Positions 41,493 through 55,129 of a stretch of DNA of 64,000 bases are shown piece after piece. The position numbers and the translations under genes are program-made. The stretch spans positions 36,952,001 through 37,016,000 of the forward strand of contig OX597816.1 of the NCBI GenBank assembly GCA_951406725.2, given 5' to 3'. Under the pieces are notes generated by a model. That model searched no databases, was not told the DNA's origin, and was given only the letters and a program-made list of their open reading frames with translations. This DNA comes from Octopus vulgaris (lineage: Eukaryota). Within the stretch, counting starts at the first letter, position 1; every line of letters starts with the position of its first letter.

Positions 41493-41788
41493 CAAAATAT
41501 TGGGTCGAGCTCAAACGAGCCTTGACTATGATTCTGTAACAGCGCCACACATTAGATATATATAGAAATATCGATTTTTTTCGATTCTTTAAATTTCCAT
41601 TAACTTTCTTAAACTTGGCCAAAATTACATATACTTTATGTTAAAATATTCATTGTATTATAAGCTTTATTTTCATATACGTTTTATAGCAAAATAATTA
41701 GTAATTATAATAATAATGAAATCTTTTTAACATTAGAAATACTGAATTTCTAAATCTCTCGTAGAGACATGTACGGTGGTGGGGCGAT

Positions 41789-42106
41789 AGAATGGTTGTA
41801 TACTGTCAATCTAACACGAACGTGACAGTAGGGGGCTACACCACCGCTGTATAGCCCTAGGAAGCATCGAACGCCTGCTGATGGCTTTGACACATTTTTC
41901 CCTGTGTCATGATCCTGAAACACGTGTCCCTAGATGCAGCTTCGGCGGCCGGGGGTGTTTGTCTCCCCTTCGTAAATGTATATAAGGACACAGGGAAAAA
42001 TGTGTCAAAGCCATCAGGAGGCGTTCGATGCTTCCTAGGGCTATACAGCGGTGGTGTACCCCCCTACTGTCACGTTCGTGTTAGATTGACAGTATACAAC
42101 CATTCT
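41789..42106. repeat. Fold-back inverted repeat (120-bp arms, 78-nt spacer) with HHR 3' half
   Basis: 41789-41908 pairs with 41987-42106 with 2 mismatches; GAAACACGTGTC at 41917-41928. Confidence 0.95.
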
Positions 42107-42484
42107 TTTTAACATTATTTTCTCAAAAACATCTTCATATTCACATTTCGCTCAGCTCACTATTTCCTCTTACTTATCCTCTCCCACTCTTCTTCTTTCT
42201 ATGTTTGTTTACTCTCTCTACTACTTATTCTCCTCCCTTTTCTATCAGTCTTCCCCGATTTATATATTATCTTTCAATCTGTCTCTCTCTTTCTGTCTGT
42301 CTGTCTCTCTCTCTGTTAGTGACTCTCTCTTTCGCTCTCTGTCTTTTCCTCTGTCTCTTCTGGTTTTCTCTCTTCCGACCTTCCTCTTTTTGTGTATGTT
42401 TACTCTCTTTTCAAGTTATTCTCCTTCCCTTTCTGTCAATTCTGTACCAATCCTCCTCTCTATGAGTCCTCCACTCTCTATACA

Positions 42485-42527
<43 letters not shown>

Positions 42528-44971
42528 CTTTTCTTTTGCGTTTCCCTCTTACACTCTTCTTCCTCCTATTGCTGTAACTTCCTCTCTTTCTCTCTTACAC
42601 TTCCTCCTCGGTCTCTCGAACAAGCCTTACTACCCTTTCTTTCCGGTCCTTTCTGCCTATTCCTCTCTACCTCACAAAACTAGAGAAGTTAATCTACCCA
42701 CCGGGTCATGTCTTTTTTCTGGTTATGTCTTGTCTCTTCCTTCTTTCCGTTGTCCATCGCCAAGTCAAATTGAATTAATTCGAATTCTCATTAATTCATT
42801 AGATTAGTACTTCTTCCTCTTCACTGCGCTCAAGGGTAACCTGAACAGCGTGAACAGAGGGATGTACACGTGTTATTATGTAAGACAACGTGGCCGTTCG
42901 TCCTATTAGAAAAGCAGCCAGATTACCCTCAAATCACTTCCTACTGTCTCTTAGAAAAGATGCATTTGATGATGTATTTCTAGACATACTATATCAGAAA
43001 CATAGAATGGCTGATCAAGTTGAAACATCTTTGATCGTAGGTCTGGTAGCTCACGAGTGGACTGGGGCTAAATAATCAGATATATTTTGTGTACAAAGTA
43101 ACGTATATATTTTTCTAACACATGTCTGTCATACGCAAGTTAAACGAATGTATTGGTCAAGCACTCTTCTACTTCCAGTCAAATGCTTCTACATGTGATT
43201 CTAACAGAAATGAAACTGTTACTTTTCATTTGTTAAATAAATATATTGAAGTGGTGGTATACCCTTGACCCTTTAAAAATAAGATGTATTTGCTAATGAG
43301 AGGAGCATTTCAAAAAGTACAAAATGCCAATTAATTTTTTTCTTTTGTTTTTCGATTCTAGTTTCTGAAACATTTTGGGCCCTGTGCCTAGAGTAGAAAA
43401 GAATATTTTTAATTAGTTATATATGATTTGTTTAGATCGCAGGTCCCAATGTTTCTTTTGTTGCATCTGATTATTTTATGTAACTTCAATTACGAACGAC
43501 ATATCCCTTACACATCCCTTCACAAATTTCATTTCCCGAAATTATCAACTTATTTAATAATTTGCTATTATTCGTCAATAAATACAAAATATGGTATCAA
43601 AATCATTCTAATTCAGCCAGAGTTGCACCAAGTTTATACTATTTTCAAAACATGTTCTCAAAAATTCCAGTTGCACGTCCCAGCAAGTACGAATCTCTTG
43701 CGATATAATTTTTATTTCTATTGGGTAGTGTAAAGGCAAAACCTGTAACCTTAGATCAACAGGCCCTCCGAAATAAACATGAACAATGTGGGTAACGTTC
43801 GTCTTGAACAGCTACTAGTACACGGCAACAGAAAAAGATGGATAAGAAGAGAATTATATAAGAAAGGCATTTGGGAAGGAAGAACGGTTGTTGTAGATAA
43901 TGAGTGCTTGGTCACAGTATAGTTAACAATACGGGAGAAAATGTATAGTTAAGAATACGAGAATCACCGAGTGGAGATGATACGAGATTTGCTCAGTTAC
44001 GAGGGTCAGAGGATACAAGTAAGAAAGAATGAGGAGCCATTAAATCACCGTAATGTTGGATGTTGGTCTGGTGAGGCCCTTGGCCATTTGGTTTTAGGCG
44101 CCCTACAATTTTATGTCATTTTCAACGGTTTGGATGTCTAATATCAATGATATCACTGTGCATGATTGAACTAACAAACACACTTGGCTGCTGCTGGCAA
44201 AATTACAAATACTATAAACAAGAGGCATGTCCATTGTAAAAGCAAATGTAACATCGTAAATAATCTAAATACAAAGTAGATTTATGATTTCATATCAGTT
44301 TTGCATTTTCCAAAACAAGAATATTGCATGTTGCATTAAGTTAATAGCTTCCAGCACTTTGATAGTTTCTGACATGTTGTTGTTCATTCATTTAGATAAT
44401 GCATTGCTGTTCACTACTTTTAGTTTATCAGAAGGCATATGATCAAAGTATTTTTCGAAAGGCAAATCTTTTTAAAAAATAGTTAATTACAACATAATAA
44501 AGAGGGGTCCCTGTAAAATTCGGGGCCCCAAACAGTTTGAAGAGGCCCCAAATTGAAATAGGAAATTGGTAGACTCATAGAAACTCAGTTAAATTGAATG
44601 GATTTTTAAAATTAAAAGGGCGCAATAAATGAGATTAGGGTTCAATAATATTAAAAGAACTCAGATTTTTAAAATGTAAACAAGTAAAAAAAATTACAAA
44701 TTATTTATTTCGTTGCTGTATATATATATTTTTAATTTTTAACTCCAAGCTTTAGGTATCTCACAGTTAGATTGTCCTCTTGGGGTTGGACCATGCATAG
44801 ATCGGGCCATATTAGCGTTGGGAGTAACTTCGTATCAATCAGTAAGTTGATTTCTGTTTTTTTATCTACAGTGTTGGCAGTATCAACCTGTAAAATCAGA
44901 ACTGCATAAAATATTTCCTTGGCACACTGTCTAAATATGTGCGTGTACATATATATATATATATATATATA

Positions 44972-45180
44972 ACGGGAAGCTTTATGAAAATAAACAAAAG
45001 ACGAAGGCAGGTGAAATACAAACAAACAATTGTATTAGTATGGCGCTCAGGAATATAAATAAAACAAGTCTTTTACGTTTCGAGCCTACGCTCTTCAACA
45101 GAAAGATACACAGAAAAGAAACACGGAGAGAAACAAGGAGAGAAAAAAATGCGTGCAGAAGCTAGCGAATCAACATGGCG
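44972..45180 (-). mobile_element. Solo PLE terminal-repeat fragment in (TA)n with HHR-like motif (45069-45106)
   Basis: (TA)n on both sides; homologous to the end of the RT-bearing PLE at 33425; minus strand UCUUU-CUGUUGA-A-GAGC(GUAG)GCUC-GAAA-CG-UA-AAAGA. Confidence 0.8.
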
Positions 45181-45945
45181 ATATATATATATATAAAGAT
45201 ATTATGTATTAAGAGTAATGTAAAAAATATATAAAGCTTAAGGAAATTAACACCAAATATATAGTGGGTGTGATTTTATTGGCTAAACTGGCAACATGAC
45301 CATACAACAACATATATATATATTATTTTCGTACCGAAGTGTGATAAATTGAAAAAAGCTCGTTTTATATTTCATGGAGTAGATAAGATCCGGGCTACAT
45401 ATGTTTCATAGCGAGCGGAAACTTGGAAGTGGTAAATATCCAAGCGAGTTGTATACCCGATGCTACTCTTCAGGTTAAAGATATCTTGATTAAATGAAAG
45501 TTTACATTGCCTGCTTCGTTTTTCAAGCAGTAACTTTTTGTTAGCATATTTTAGTTACATACGGTTGAATTCTAAAGTTTCATATATGAACATATATAAC
45601 TGTGTATAAATATGATAAAGTATATTTTTTATCTCTTTACTTATTTCGTGTATCACGATTTTTTTAAAAAAGACTATATTTTAGCAAATTTTTTTAGCAT
45701 ATTTTAGTTGCATCGAAAAGTTTCATATATGAACATATATAACTCTACATAAACATAAAAACCTAAAACATTTTTGTCTCTTTAGTTAATCAGTCTATTA
45801 GTTTGTTTGTTTGTTTGTTTTTTAAACTATACTCTAGTAACCTACCGTTTCATTCTGCAACAGTCCTATATGAACCTACCCAAATACATGTAGCGTTCTC
45901 ATCCGGTTCTTTTTTGGTATAGGTTCCATGTTTGTGTTCATGAGG

Positions 45946-46098
<153 letters not shown>

Positions 46099-46947
46099 GT
46101 GTGTGATATGTGTATGTGCGTATATGTGTGACTGTTGGCATATGTATAGATGTATGTATACATGCGTGTGTATGTATACAAGTAGACATACGTGTATGCG
46201 TGTGTCCACTCATCTACCGTCGTTGAATGTGTCATAGACCCTGAGTGAATTAGATATAGAATGCATCAAAAGAGTACACCCCGTCCTAATCTTAAAGTAA
46301 CTATCATGATTGACTTTTAATGTAGTATTCTTCTGACCATAAATTGTAAGGATTACGGCTGAAATTGACCAAGTAGGCGAGGGTGCCGATCTCTTTGATG
46401 GGTGTATGTGCGAATATGTGTGTATGTGAATTTATGTGTATATGCCAATATGCATCCCAACCTACACACTTTCGACTGCATACATATTTTTTTTATTTTC
46501 ATTTTCTCTTCCTTTTTCTAGTATCATTTCCTCGTTTTAAACTTAATGTAACTTAACCCCTCCTTTCCCATCTCCTTTTATCCTTCCTTTTCATTTCTTT
46601 CCTATCTACAGATATATGTTTATATTTTTAAATGTTTACTGTTTTTGTTACAGAAACTTAATAGTAATGGAAACTGTAGCAATGCTTCATTCCGTGACTC
46701 GACGGCCAAATAACAACATGACCGTCCAAAACTCAAGATCTTTAGCGAGACACCACTTCATATATGGATGGACCTGATGTAACCCAGATTGCAAAATAGT
46801 TGCACTGCATGTTGCAAGGTGTCCCACCTCTGAGGGACGGTAGCAGGATGGGTCGAAGCAATCGTACAAAATAAAAATGAATGCCAAATCCATATTCTGG
46901 TTAATTAATTAATGTGTGTGTACAGAGTATGTATGTAAATATGTGTG

Positions 46948-46978
<31 letters not shown>

Positions 46979-47174
46979 ATACATATATATATGTGTGTGT
47001 GAGAGTTTGTCTTTCTGTGTACGTATATATATTTTTTCGTCATTAAAATGACGTCTATACTTGTTTCCTTTTGGTTAATTGCGAGTAGCCACCTTAATAA
47101 TTTATGTGTATAGATATGTATATGTATGTATGTAAATATATATACGTGCGTATGTATTATCAACCATATGTATT

Positions 47175-47287
47175 ACAAGCCACATGGATCCGGGTTCAGT
47201 CCCACCGCGTAACACGTTGGGCAACTGTCTTCTACTAAAGCCTTGGCCTGACCAAAACTTTCTGAGGCCCGTCGTATGTACACATAC

Positions 47288-47349
<62 letters not shown>

Positions 47350-47612
47350 GTGTGTGTATATATGTGTGTGTGTGGATGCATGTATGTAAGTATATATATA
47401 TGTTTGTGTGTCTGTGATTGTCCCCCTACCATCGCTTGACAACGGATGTTGGTGCGTTTACGTCCACGTAACATAGCGGTTCAGCAAAAGAGAACGATAG
47501 AATAAGTACTAGATTTACAAAGAATAAGTCCTGGGGTCAAATGTTCGACTAAACATGCGGTGCTCCAGCATGGTGGAAGTCAAAATTCTGAAACAAATAC
47601 AAGAATTAAAGA
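47175..47612 (+). mobile_element. SINE family B with internal (TG)n
   Basis: ccgggttcagtcccaccgcg...tagcggttcagcaaaagagaacgatagaataagtact; another copy without the microsatellite at about 52920-53195. Confidence 0.85.
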
Positions 47613-47632
47613 ATACATACATGTATGTATAC

Positions 47633-47688
<56 letters not shown>

Positions 47689-47799
47689 ATGTATGTGTAT
47701 ATATATGTGAATATGTATATGTTTATATATATATGCATGTATGTGTGAGTGTATGTGTGTGTGTGTATAGCACTTCGTTAACCAGTGGGCTGACTTCTA

Positions 47800-49400
47800 T
47801 ACTTAACTTTGGGACATGCCGAAATTAAATGACCTGGCCTCCTACTATACGCACAAACACGACCAAAACCAGTGGAAGTCCTAAAATTAGACCGAGGCGG
47901 ATGCCCACCGCTTGTCCAAAAGATTTAAACTCGTCCCATTTCCACTGGAATGTGCATAATCTGAAGTGCCCTCGGGGAAAAGCACTTATGAACAGAAGAC
48001 GACGACCTCGATGATCGGAAAGAAATCCTATGAGTCAAATGATACTCATCTGCTAATATAGAATTTTGTAAAATATCAACTTTTTGTTCATCTAAATAAA
48101 CCTTGTGGTCGGAAAGAATAGTTTGTTTAAAATCTTCCATTGAAATTAGGTGTTTTGAACTATCAAAGTCCATCACTTACCTAGAATTACACCACCTATC
48201 AAATAGAGTTTCTTTCTCCCTAGCAAACTTTTCAAAAGTCTCATTGTCCTTCTTCTGAGCACTCCTAAACTTTTGACAATCAGTATCGGACACTAGATCG
48301 TAAGCTTTCAGAAGGGTTCTCTTTACCAGATCATATTCCGAACTTTGTCCCACAGTTAAAGCCGAAAATGTGTCTTGTGCCTTACCTTTTAACAACGTTT
48401 GCAGCAGTATAGTCCATGATTCCTTGGGCCACTTCAGGTTTTCAGCAACCTTTTCGAAATGCAGGAAATAGTTATCCACCTCTTTGTCATTGAATGTGGG
48501 AATCATATGGTGAGCCTCGCAACATCCAAAGAGGAAGGGTGTGAGGGAGGAAAAGAATTTTCCTTTTTAAATTCAATTTCTTTTTCTAATTTCAGCCTTT
48601 AAAACTCGATTTCTTTTTCTAATACTAATTTTTCAAGTTGAATTTCTTTTTCTGATTTTTTTCCAACTTTAATCGGATCTCATACTTTCTTATCACCAAA
48701 TGGTCTCCTATCTCTAAATGGTATCTAAAACATCCTGTTCGTAGATTACTTCGTCGATGAAGTGATTCAAAGCAAATTTGAGAATTTGAGATTTTCTCAT
48801 GCAGGGTTTAGATTCAAGTTTAAAATATGTAGAAAATTTTAACAGATCCGACTTGTGTAAACCACTGGCGGTTTCCACTGTAGGAGATTTAAGAAAATCC
48901 TCTAATTTAAATGCCATTATGTTATTTTGGTGTCATAATTTTTTGTAGAAGAAAAGTAAGTCTATGCAGAATTCAACCGTTCAGTTTCATGATACCTCGC
49001 AGAATTCGATCCGTTCAGCTCCTGGACGACTCTCAGATTTGAGCTCGGATGAGCTCCCAAGTTTGGTAGGGGTTAGACAAACGAATCAGAAAGTAATAAG
49101 CATGGAAATAACAATAAACCCGATTCTAGATTCAACTATATATTTAGTAGAGGTGAATGGCATAAAACACACGGATCGAAAGCAGCTCAAAACTGTTATA
49201 ATCAGTTGAATCCCAAAGCACAAGTCGTAACAGAACCTCAGAGCTCAAGCGCAGAGCTGTAACAAATAGTTCACTGTATATATCAGTTCTTAAAGACACA
49301 TGGAGTTCCTTGATTCACTGCAAATCCTCTAAAGGTGATCAAAATAAGAGGGAGGTCACTCTAACCGTTTTCTTCTTTTGCTGTTGTTTACTGTTTACTG
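47800..49400 (-). mobile_element. Gypsy LTR-retrotransposon remnant: PBS and decayed gag (capsid/SCAN-like plus CCHC), Gmr1-like
   Basis: MAFKLEDFLKSPT..; IPTFNDKEVDNYFLHFEKVAENLKWPKESWTILLQ..L.GKAQ..YDLVK..LLKAY; LADEY; CAYSRRPGHLISAC. PBS TGGGAGCTCATCCGAG at 49059-49044 is 13/16 to the tRNA-Pro PBS. LTR limits are uncertain. Confidence 0.88.
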
Positions 49401-50713
49401 TTTATGTCGTTAGTAGTAGTAACAAAGAGGGACATACCACTCTGAAAACAATGGGAACTGTTGCAGGTACCTTCCTTATCTCCTGTCAACTACCGTTTGC
49501 AAAGGAGGAGTTAAAAGGGTCAAGTGGAGGTTACAAAAATTGCCTTACTTTGTCCATGTGTTGCATGTCTCAGCTGTCTCTCCGTGAGAAAGTGCTGTGG
49601 TACGCTAAAAGGGAATCCTCTAAATTCATGTTCGAATCAATATGCCTAAATGGAAATCCACTTTTTTTCCCTCCAAGTAAAATACATTTGTAGCAATTTA
49701 TATGCATGTGTGCGTCTGTGTATGCGTGTGTGTGCGCGGGCATTAATATGTACATAGATATGTGTGTGTCTCTGTGTGTGTGTATCTAATTTGCACATTG
49801 CTATACGTTTTACAGGTTTGAGGTAGGTTTTTTTAGAGCTATAACTAAACAAGAAACAGAATATCCATTTACTTTTCAGCAAGAAAATGCTGACCTGCAG
49901 CTTACTGTTTTACTGCCGAAGTGCTTTCTCAAAGAAATTTATTATTCATATATATACATGCACACTCACAAACACACATATATGCGTGTGTAGTTATATC
50001 GGATTCATGCACAGACACGAACATACACTCAAATACATCTACATATATAGTTAATCCAAAAATGAAAACACAAAGAGAAAACACATCACGAGGACGTGGA
50101 ACAAGTATAGTGTTATTGGACGCTCAGGAAAGGAAAGATAGAAGAAGGATTTAACTTTTCTTCGTCAGAAAAATAGGAAACGGAAAGGTCCAAGGAAGGG
50201 AAGACGGGGAAAGAAAATTGCCAACGATACACACGCGGTCACATGTTGAATGACCGGAAGGGAAATGGGTGAAGAAAAAGTTCTTTCAAAGACAGGAGAG
50301 TGCAAGAGAAGGAGGTATGTGTGCGTATGTGCGTGCGCGCAGGTCTGTGTGTTTGATAGCACATGCGGCTGTGTGTGTGTGTGTGTGTAATAATAGCACG
50401 TGTGTGTGTAGTTGTGGCTGTTAATCTATGTGTGGCTGGGCTTACAAGCACACATATATATAATAATAAACACACATATATACATATATATATATACATA
50501 CACAGATTGACGCATACACACACAAAACGCATGCATATGGACGCATGATCATTCGATTACTAATTTCCATTAACAACCGTACTTTCACAAGTTTCATTCC
50601 GTTGTATTACACCTGGTGAAAATGTATTTTAGTACTATAACTTTAGTTTAGTGCATCTCCCGGACACTAAAATTTAGAAGAAATTGGTGGAAGCCCAACG
50701 ATTGCATCTTCAC

Positions 50714-50714
<1 letters not shown>

Positions 50715-50744
<30 letters not shown>

Positions 50745-50806
50745 TGTATGTATGTATGTATGTATGTATTTATGTATGTATGTATGTATGTATGTATGTA
50801 TGTATG

Positions 50807-50840
<34 letters not shown>

Positions 50841-50935
50841 TGCATTTATGTATGTATGTATGTATGTATGTATGTATGTATGTATATGTATGTGTGTATG
50901 TATGTATGCATCCATATATGTATGAATGTATGTAT
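50715..50935. repeat. (TATG)n microsatellite
   Basis: Seen directly. Confidence 0.98.
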
Positions 50936-51399
50936 TCTATATACTGTGCATGAACAGTACTGTTCCTGACAACATATACTCTATTTTACACTGTTAATTG
51001 GTTTAGGAAACGTATTGAGACTACAACATTTCTCTGTGCTTCCAGGATTATGTTAAATCGCCGAAGATGTATATAGCTTGTCTAATGTTAAAGTAGATGT
51101 CTATACAACACCACTTTACATTTGTTTTAAAACCTGAGGAAATACACCGCACAGCTGAATCTTTTAGAATCTTAAACGTCCCAAATACTTTGTTCTCTTG
51201 CTGTGCTGTATCAATGTCACTTTTGTCACTATACATTGGCAACTAGTTCCATTGTTGATGTGTCAACAGTATACAGGAAGCTGAAAGGAATATACTTGAA
51301 ACACAATAATCAATATCTTCATATCTTTTCTACTATATTCAATGTTCTTAACAATTGCTCTCCTTCAGGGATACCGATACACTAATTTATTGTCGTGCG

Positions 51400-52000
51400 T
51401 GAAGAGAGAGGTGGCTGGGTGAAGGAGGAACTACTTCAATATGAATAGTCCAACAAACGGGAAAACAGTAAGAAATTATCGACCAGTCACGTCTCTCGGT
51501 CTGCTTTGAAAATTGTTAACAGGTATTTTTTCCGACTAAAAAGTATACAGTAATTTGATGCAAAACAAATGACTCTTTATTGAACAGGAGTACAAGAAAT
51601 ATTTAATGGATACCAAAGACTATCAGACGATTAATAAAATGGTATTAAAGAACTTTCAAGTGACGGCAGACTTAGCTGCGGGTAGCGTGAGACAACTTCA
51701 AAAGGATTTAAAAGGTGATGCCCCATTATTGGGTTGTGGAGATACTTGGAATGTTTATAATTGAAAACTTTATCAACGCCTCACTGCAAGTTTGATGCAT
51801 TAGAAAATTATGTTGATGATGAACATATTATCACCGAGAAGTTTAGCAGTTAAAAGAGGTAGTGTTCGTGGCCAATTTTCCCCTTTGTGATTTCTTATCG
51901 CGCTGGAACCCATCTCAATGGCACTTAGAAGTGAACATTGGCTGCAAACTACTAGGAAGCTCACCTGTAAATCATCTATTTTTCATAGTTGGCTAAAAGA
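51400..52000 (+). mobile_element. Highly decayed R4/Dong-like RT fragment
   Basis: NYRPVTSL, KLLTGIFSD, VKRGSVRGQFSPL*FLIALEPIS. Confidence 0.65.
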
Positions 52001-52191
52001 AATGTGAAAAGTGTGAGAAAGAGGTCAATTCACTTGTTATACAGTAAAGGCATATTTAGTTATATTGAAATGGTGTTTGGATCAACCACAAATGTTGCAA
52101 TAAGTACAAACAAGAAAACTAATGACCCTCATTGCAGAGAAAGACATAGAAGCGGAGCGACGTCTTCGGGTCCAACACTTTCAAGGTGCCA

Positions 52192-52458
52192 CATTGAGCG
52201 AAAACACCTAAAGATTCATGAGGCTCTGGCAGGGGGTGAAGGTGAACCTTCTGTGCTCCTCCACCACAACTTTCATTCTTTCTTACTGTGTCTGTTGTAC
52301 CTATATTTCAAAGGGCCACGCTGAATCTCCCCGAGAACTACGTTAAGGGCTCACGGGTCTGTGGAGTGCTTAGCCACTTACACGTTAATTTCATGAGCAG
52401 GCTGTTCCGTTGATCGGATCGACTGAAACCCTCGTCGTCGTAACCGACGGAGTGCCAC
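52192..52458 (+). mobile_element. 5'-truncated SINE family A
   Basis: attgagcgaaaacaccta...ccctcgtcgtcgtaaccgacggagtgc; a related variant lies at about 58380-58632 (-). Confidence 0.88.
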
Positions 52459-55129
52459 GATAATATGATATTAGGTGCTTTTTCTTTCCTTCTTGAACAT
52501 CAACAAAAATTCTTTATAAGAGAGCTACAAATTAATTTAGTCTGCGGAAGTTGAATGGAAGTTTGAGACGTGAACCACACCTAAGATCAAACAACTAAAC
52601 AACAGTTGAAAGTCAATGGAACTTTTGAAAACACAAATTATCAGAATGTCATTTCTTTCGGTACTACATGTAATATAGAACCAGGTGATTTGTATACAAA
52701 AGTGACATGCGAAAAAGTGTTATAAGTATGATTTATTGACTTCGTCGGGAATAACTTTGTCTTAGAAAGTTTTGATAATATTTCATGTGACAACATATGA
52801 TAATACTACTTCATTATCAATGATGTAATTTTTTATTAGTTGCATATATCATATGAGTATATTTATTAGCAAAGTTATTATTCTTTTGTTTTGATACAGC
52901 AGTTATATAATTCAAACATAAGGCGTGGCTTTCTTAAGAGCTTGCTTCCCAATCGCATGGTTCTATGTTCAGTTCCACTCTGTGGCACCTTGGGCGAGTA
53001 TCTTCTAGTATAGCCTCGGGATGATCGATCTTGATGTGTTTACATCTCCGTAACATAGCAGTTCGTCACAAAGAAACCCATAGAATAAGTACGAGGCTTA
53101 CAAAGAATAAGTCCGGGGATCGGTTTCTTCGAATAAAAGACGGTGCTACAGCATGGTCACAGTGAAAATTAGTGACACAAGTAAAAGGTAAAGAATATAT
53201 CATATTGATAAGCAACATCAAGTATATAGGAAATATATATTTATGCCAATGAGCAGTAATCAATCCTTCTAAAGAATACGCCGCATTAACCTGCTGCATT
53301 TATATTCAACGAACTGTTTTCTGCATTTTTTCTATCAGCTCTGAATGTAATAATCTGATACCTTTGTATTTCTTTTGCTGTGATTGGATGACTTTATAAC
53401 GTTGCTGTGTCAAAACCTACACAAAATTTCACCCTATTTTTGAGTCTACCATTGTTTTCTTTTTAATTCCAAGATAAAATATATCGTCAGTTACAACAGT
53501 TCGTAGTAAAAGAGTGTTGATTTTTACTGTTCACTACGAAGTAATTGAAATAGAGGATATTCTAGAATAGTATATCCTTTATAGTATACTGAGGTTATAC
53601 TAATATAGTCTATCCTAATTTCAACAGTATAAATGTAATTAAATCTACTTAAAAAAGCAGTTAAAATTATTTTAGTGGCAATGATACAAATTGGTGATTA
53701 TAATTAGTTAACTTATGAAATATTACAAGATCGTTCCACTTATCTGGTAGAAGGTTGACATCTCTATATTAGAATGGAGAAGCTGCTAATTAATTAGGTA
53801 GCAGTAACTGAAAATACTAAAAGAATGCAATTATTAAAGGATTGACCATTTGGAATTTTTTTTTATAACTTCATGTTCCAAGAAATTTCCTATAATTTCG
53901 ATTTCTGAAGTTTATTCAATTTTTGAAATCCAGTGTTCATAAATTTAAACATTCGCTTCATTCGCTGCATCCATTTTTTTTACAAATTTAAATATTGTTT
54001 GCATTCACTGCAAAGAAGGTGTTTATGTTTAATAATAAACAATATTAATTCGCTTCAGGCGACATTTACCGTTTTCATTTGCGACAGTCTCTCACTCTCT
54101 CTCTCTCTCGCCTCTATTTTTATTAATGATAATTTAATATATATTCATTTCAATGATTTCATTTCCAGTTTTAATTCGGTATTTGCAAAACACTCAGTTT
54201 ATTCTATATACGTAATGTAAATGAAGATATTTATTGAATGAATGCATTCTATTAGAAATATTAGGTGTGTAACTTTGATACAGCGCACAATTTCAAGAAT
54301 ATCATCAGTTTACGGAGTTTGTTAAAAGAATATTTTTGATAAAATGAATTTTTTCGTACAACGGCATAATCTTTTTTTTAATTAAGAAGTGATCTTCTTG
54401 CTATGGCTGCTTACAATAATAACTTATAAACCTTACAATAATAACTAACTATGTGATTGCTGCTATTTCTAGCACGTTAAACTAGTTTTAACGAGCTTTT
54501 ACTTATATGATTTTTTCATTTCATGTTTATTTCGTTCTTTGTTTGCAATGTTCTCTCTCCCTCTCCCCCCTCTCTCTCTCTCTCTCTCTCTCATACGCAA
54601 TCACTCACTCACTCACCGTCTCTTTTATGTAATACAAATATCACACTAGAATTTTGCAATTCAACATGGGGCGCCCAAAACAATATGCGACTGAAAAATA
54701 ATATTTAGCAGCAAAGGCACGAGAGCAGGGAGGCAGCCGGGCAAACGAATTGGTTGAAATAAGAGCAAAGCGCCTGAAACAACTGTCTGAAGTTGAACAG
54801 AGACATAGACATGATTCTTTTTCCGCTACACATAACCGACTGGTTAGGGTATCTCGAAAGGAGAATGTTCTACTTCAAAATAAGACACTGAGACAGCTTT
54901 CACCGTCTGTGACTGTTCCGCTGCCTAATAATATCAAATAAGAAGCCTTCTAAACATCAGTGAAGTTCAAACAGAAACACTAGTGCTAACAAACAGATGA
55001 AACCTAATATTTAGAACAGGAGTAAAGACGACCAAATTTTCACATTAGGAAGAATTATGTTAAAGGATTACAGCCATTTAAAGCCAGTTTCAATAATTTT
55101 GAAGAACAGGCTGTCCTGTCTATTGTAAA

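Noticed and set aside
42201-42683. 160-aa hydrophobic ORF
   Set aside because: CT-rich low-complexity tract.
44065-44550. GGCCC-rich ends suggesting a hAT MITE
   Set aside because: TIRs and an 8-bp TSD could not be demonstrated.
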